A DNA stretch of 64,000 nt from Eledone cirrhosa (lineage: Eukaryota), in the NCBI GenBank assembly GCA_964016885.1, contig OZ024756.1, forward strand, positions 8,432,001-8,496,000. The letters run 5' to 3'. The number at the start of each line of letters is the position of its first letter. Within the stretch, counting starts at the first letter, position 1. Under the pieces are notes generated by a model. It was not told where the DNA came from and ran no database searches. It worked only from the letters and a program-made list of their open reading frames with translations. Positions 63,496 to 64,000 of this stretch are shown here, piece by piece. Made by a program: the position numbers and the translations under genes.

Positions 63496-63610
63496 AGCAT
63501 TATAATAAATGTTCGGTAAATCCATACGTACATATATATATGTGTGCATGTATGTATATATATACATACTACTGTACGTCTGTATACATATATGTATGTA
63601 CGTATACATA

Positions 63611-63612
<2 letters not shown>
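63494..63612 (+). mobile_element. Tail copy of pseudo-LTR family B
   Basis: Matches ~57686-57803 (GAGCATTATAATAAATGTTCG...GTATACATACT) and runs into (TA)n. Confidence 0.85.

Positions 63613-63661
<49 letters not shown>
63613..63661. repeat. (TA)n microsatellite
   Basis: Direct reading. Confidence 0.95.
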
Positions 63662-63668
<7 letters not shown>

Positions 63669-63671
63669 CAT

Positions 63672-64000
63672 ATATCATCATCATCGTCATTTTACATCCG
63701 CTTTTCCCTGCTTGCAAGGGTTGGACGGGTCCTTTTCAGCACCGCATCTCTCCACTTGTCACGGTCCTTCGGCATCTCCTCCGTGAGTTTCAGCAATCTG
63801 AGGTCTGCTCTCACCACCTCCCGCCATGTTTTACGTGGTCTACCTCTACTGCGTCTTCCTTCTACTGGGATTTCTTGGCACTTCTTTACCCAGCGGTCAA
63901 CCTCCATGCGCACCACATGTCCATACCATCTCAGCCTTCTCTCCTGCACACCACAACTTATCCCTCTTATACCCAGTTTCTTTCTCAACTCGTCTATGCT
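63672..64000 (-). mobile_element. RTE-clade LINE 3' end with (GAT)n tail, continues off the right edge
   Basis: ORF 63692-63988 has RRLRWYGHVVRM...EGRRSRGRPRKTW...D...DRDKWR, the typical RTE C-terminus; GATGATGAT tail on the minus strand. Confidence 0.9.

Overview
Eukaryotic repeat-dense (heterochromatin-like) window with no recognisable host gene; the SINE and LINE tails look like those I recall from octopod cephalopods (inference). Bases 1-31185 are a 32-bp satellite (~975 copies). It joins with no spacer to a 47/48-bp satellite (31186-47091, ~330 copies), which ends against the 3' end of an RTE LINE remnant. The last 17 kb is a nest of decayed retroelements: two R4/Dong-type RLE LINE 3' ends in (TAA)n tracts, tRNA-derived SINEs, a 3'-truncated Tx1/L1 LINE, three Penelope-like elements (PLEs) with CxCx5C/GIY-YIG endonuclease remnants, several inverted pseudo-LTR clusters, a 2.06-kb non-coding LTR element (tRNA-Trp PBS, 4-bp TSD) inserted into one GIY-YIG gene, and RTE ends. 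Most notable: (1) hammerhead-ribozyme motifs, including a recurring variant in three divergent PLEs with a 47-88 nt helix II and a varying but self-complementary helix III (GAAA-CA-NN-TG-TC); (2) signs that the two satellites are related and that the 48-bp one may have expanded in place from an RTE 3' UTR. All calls are by eye; no searches or folding programs were run.
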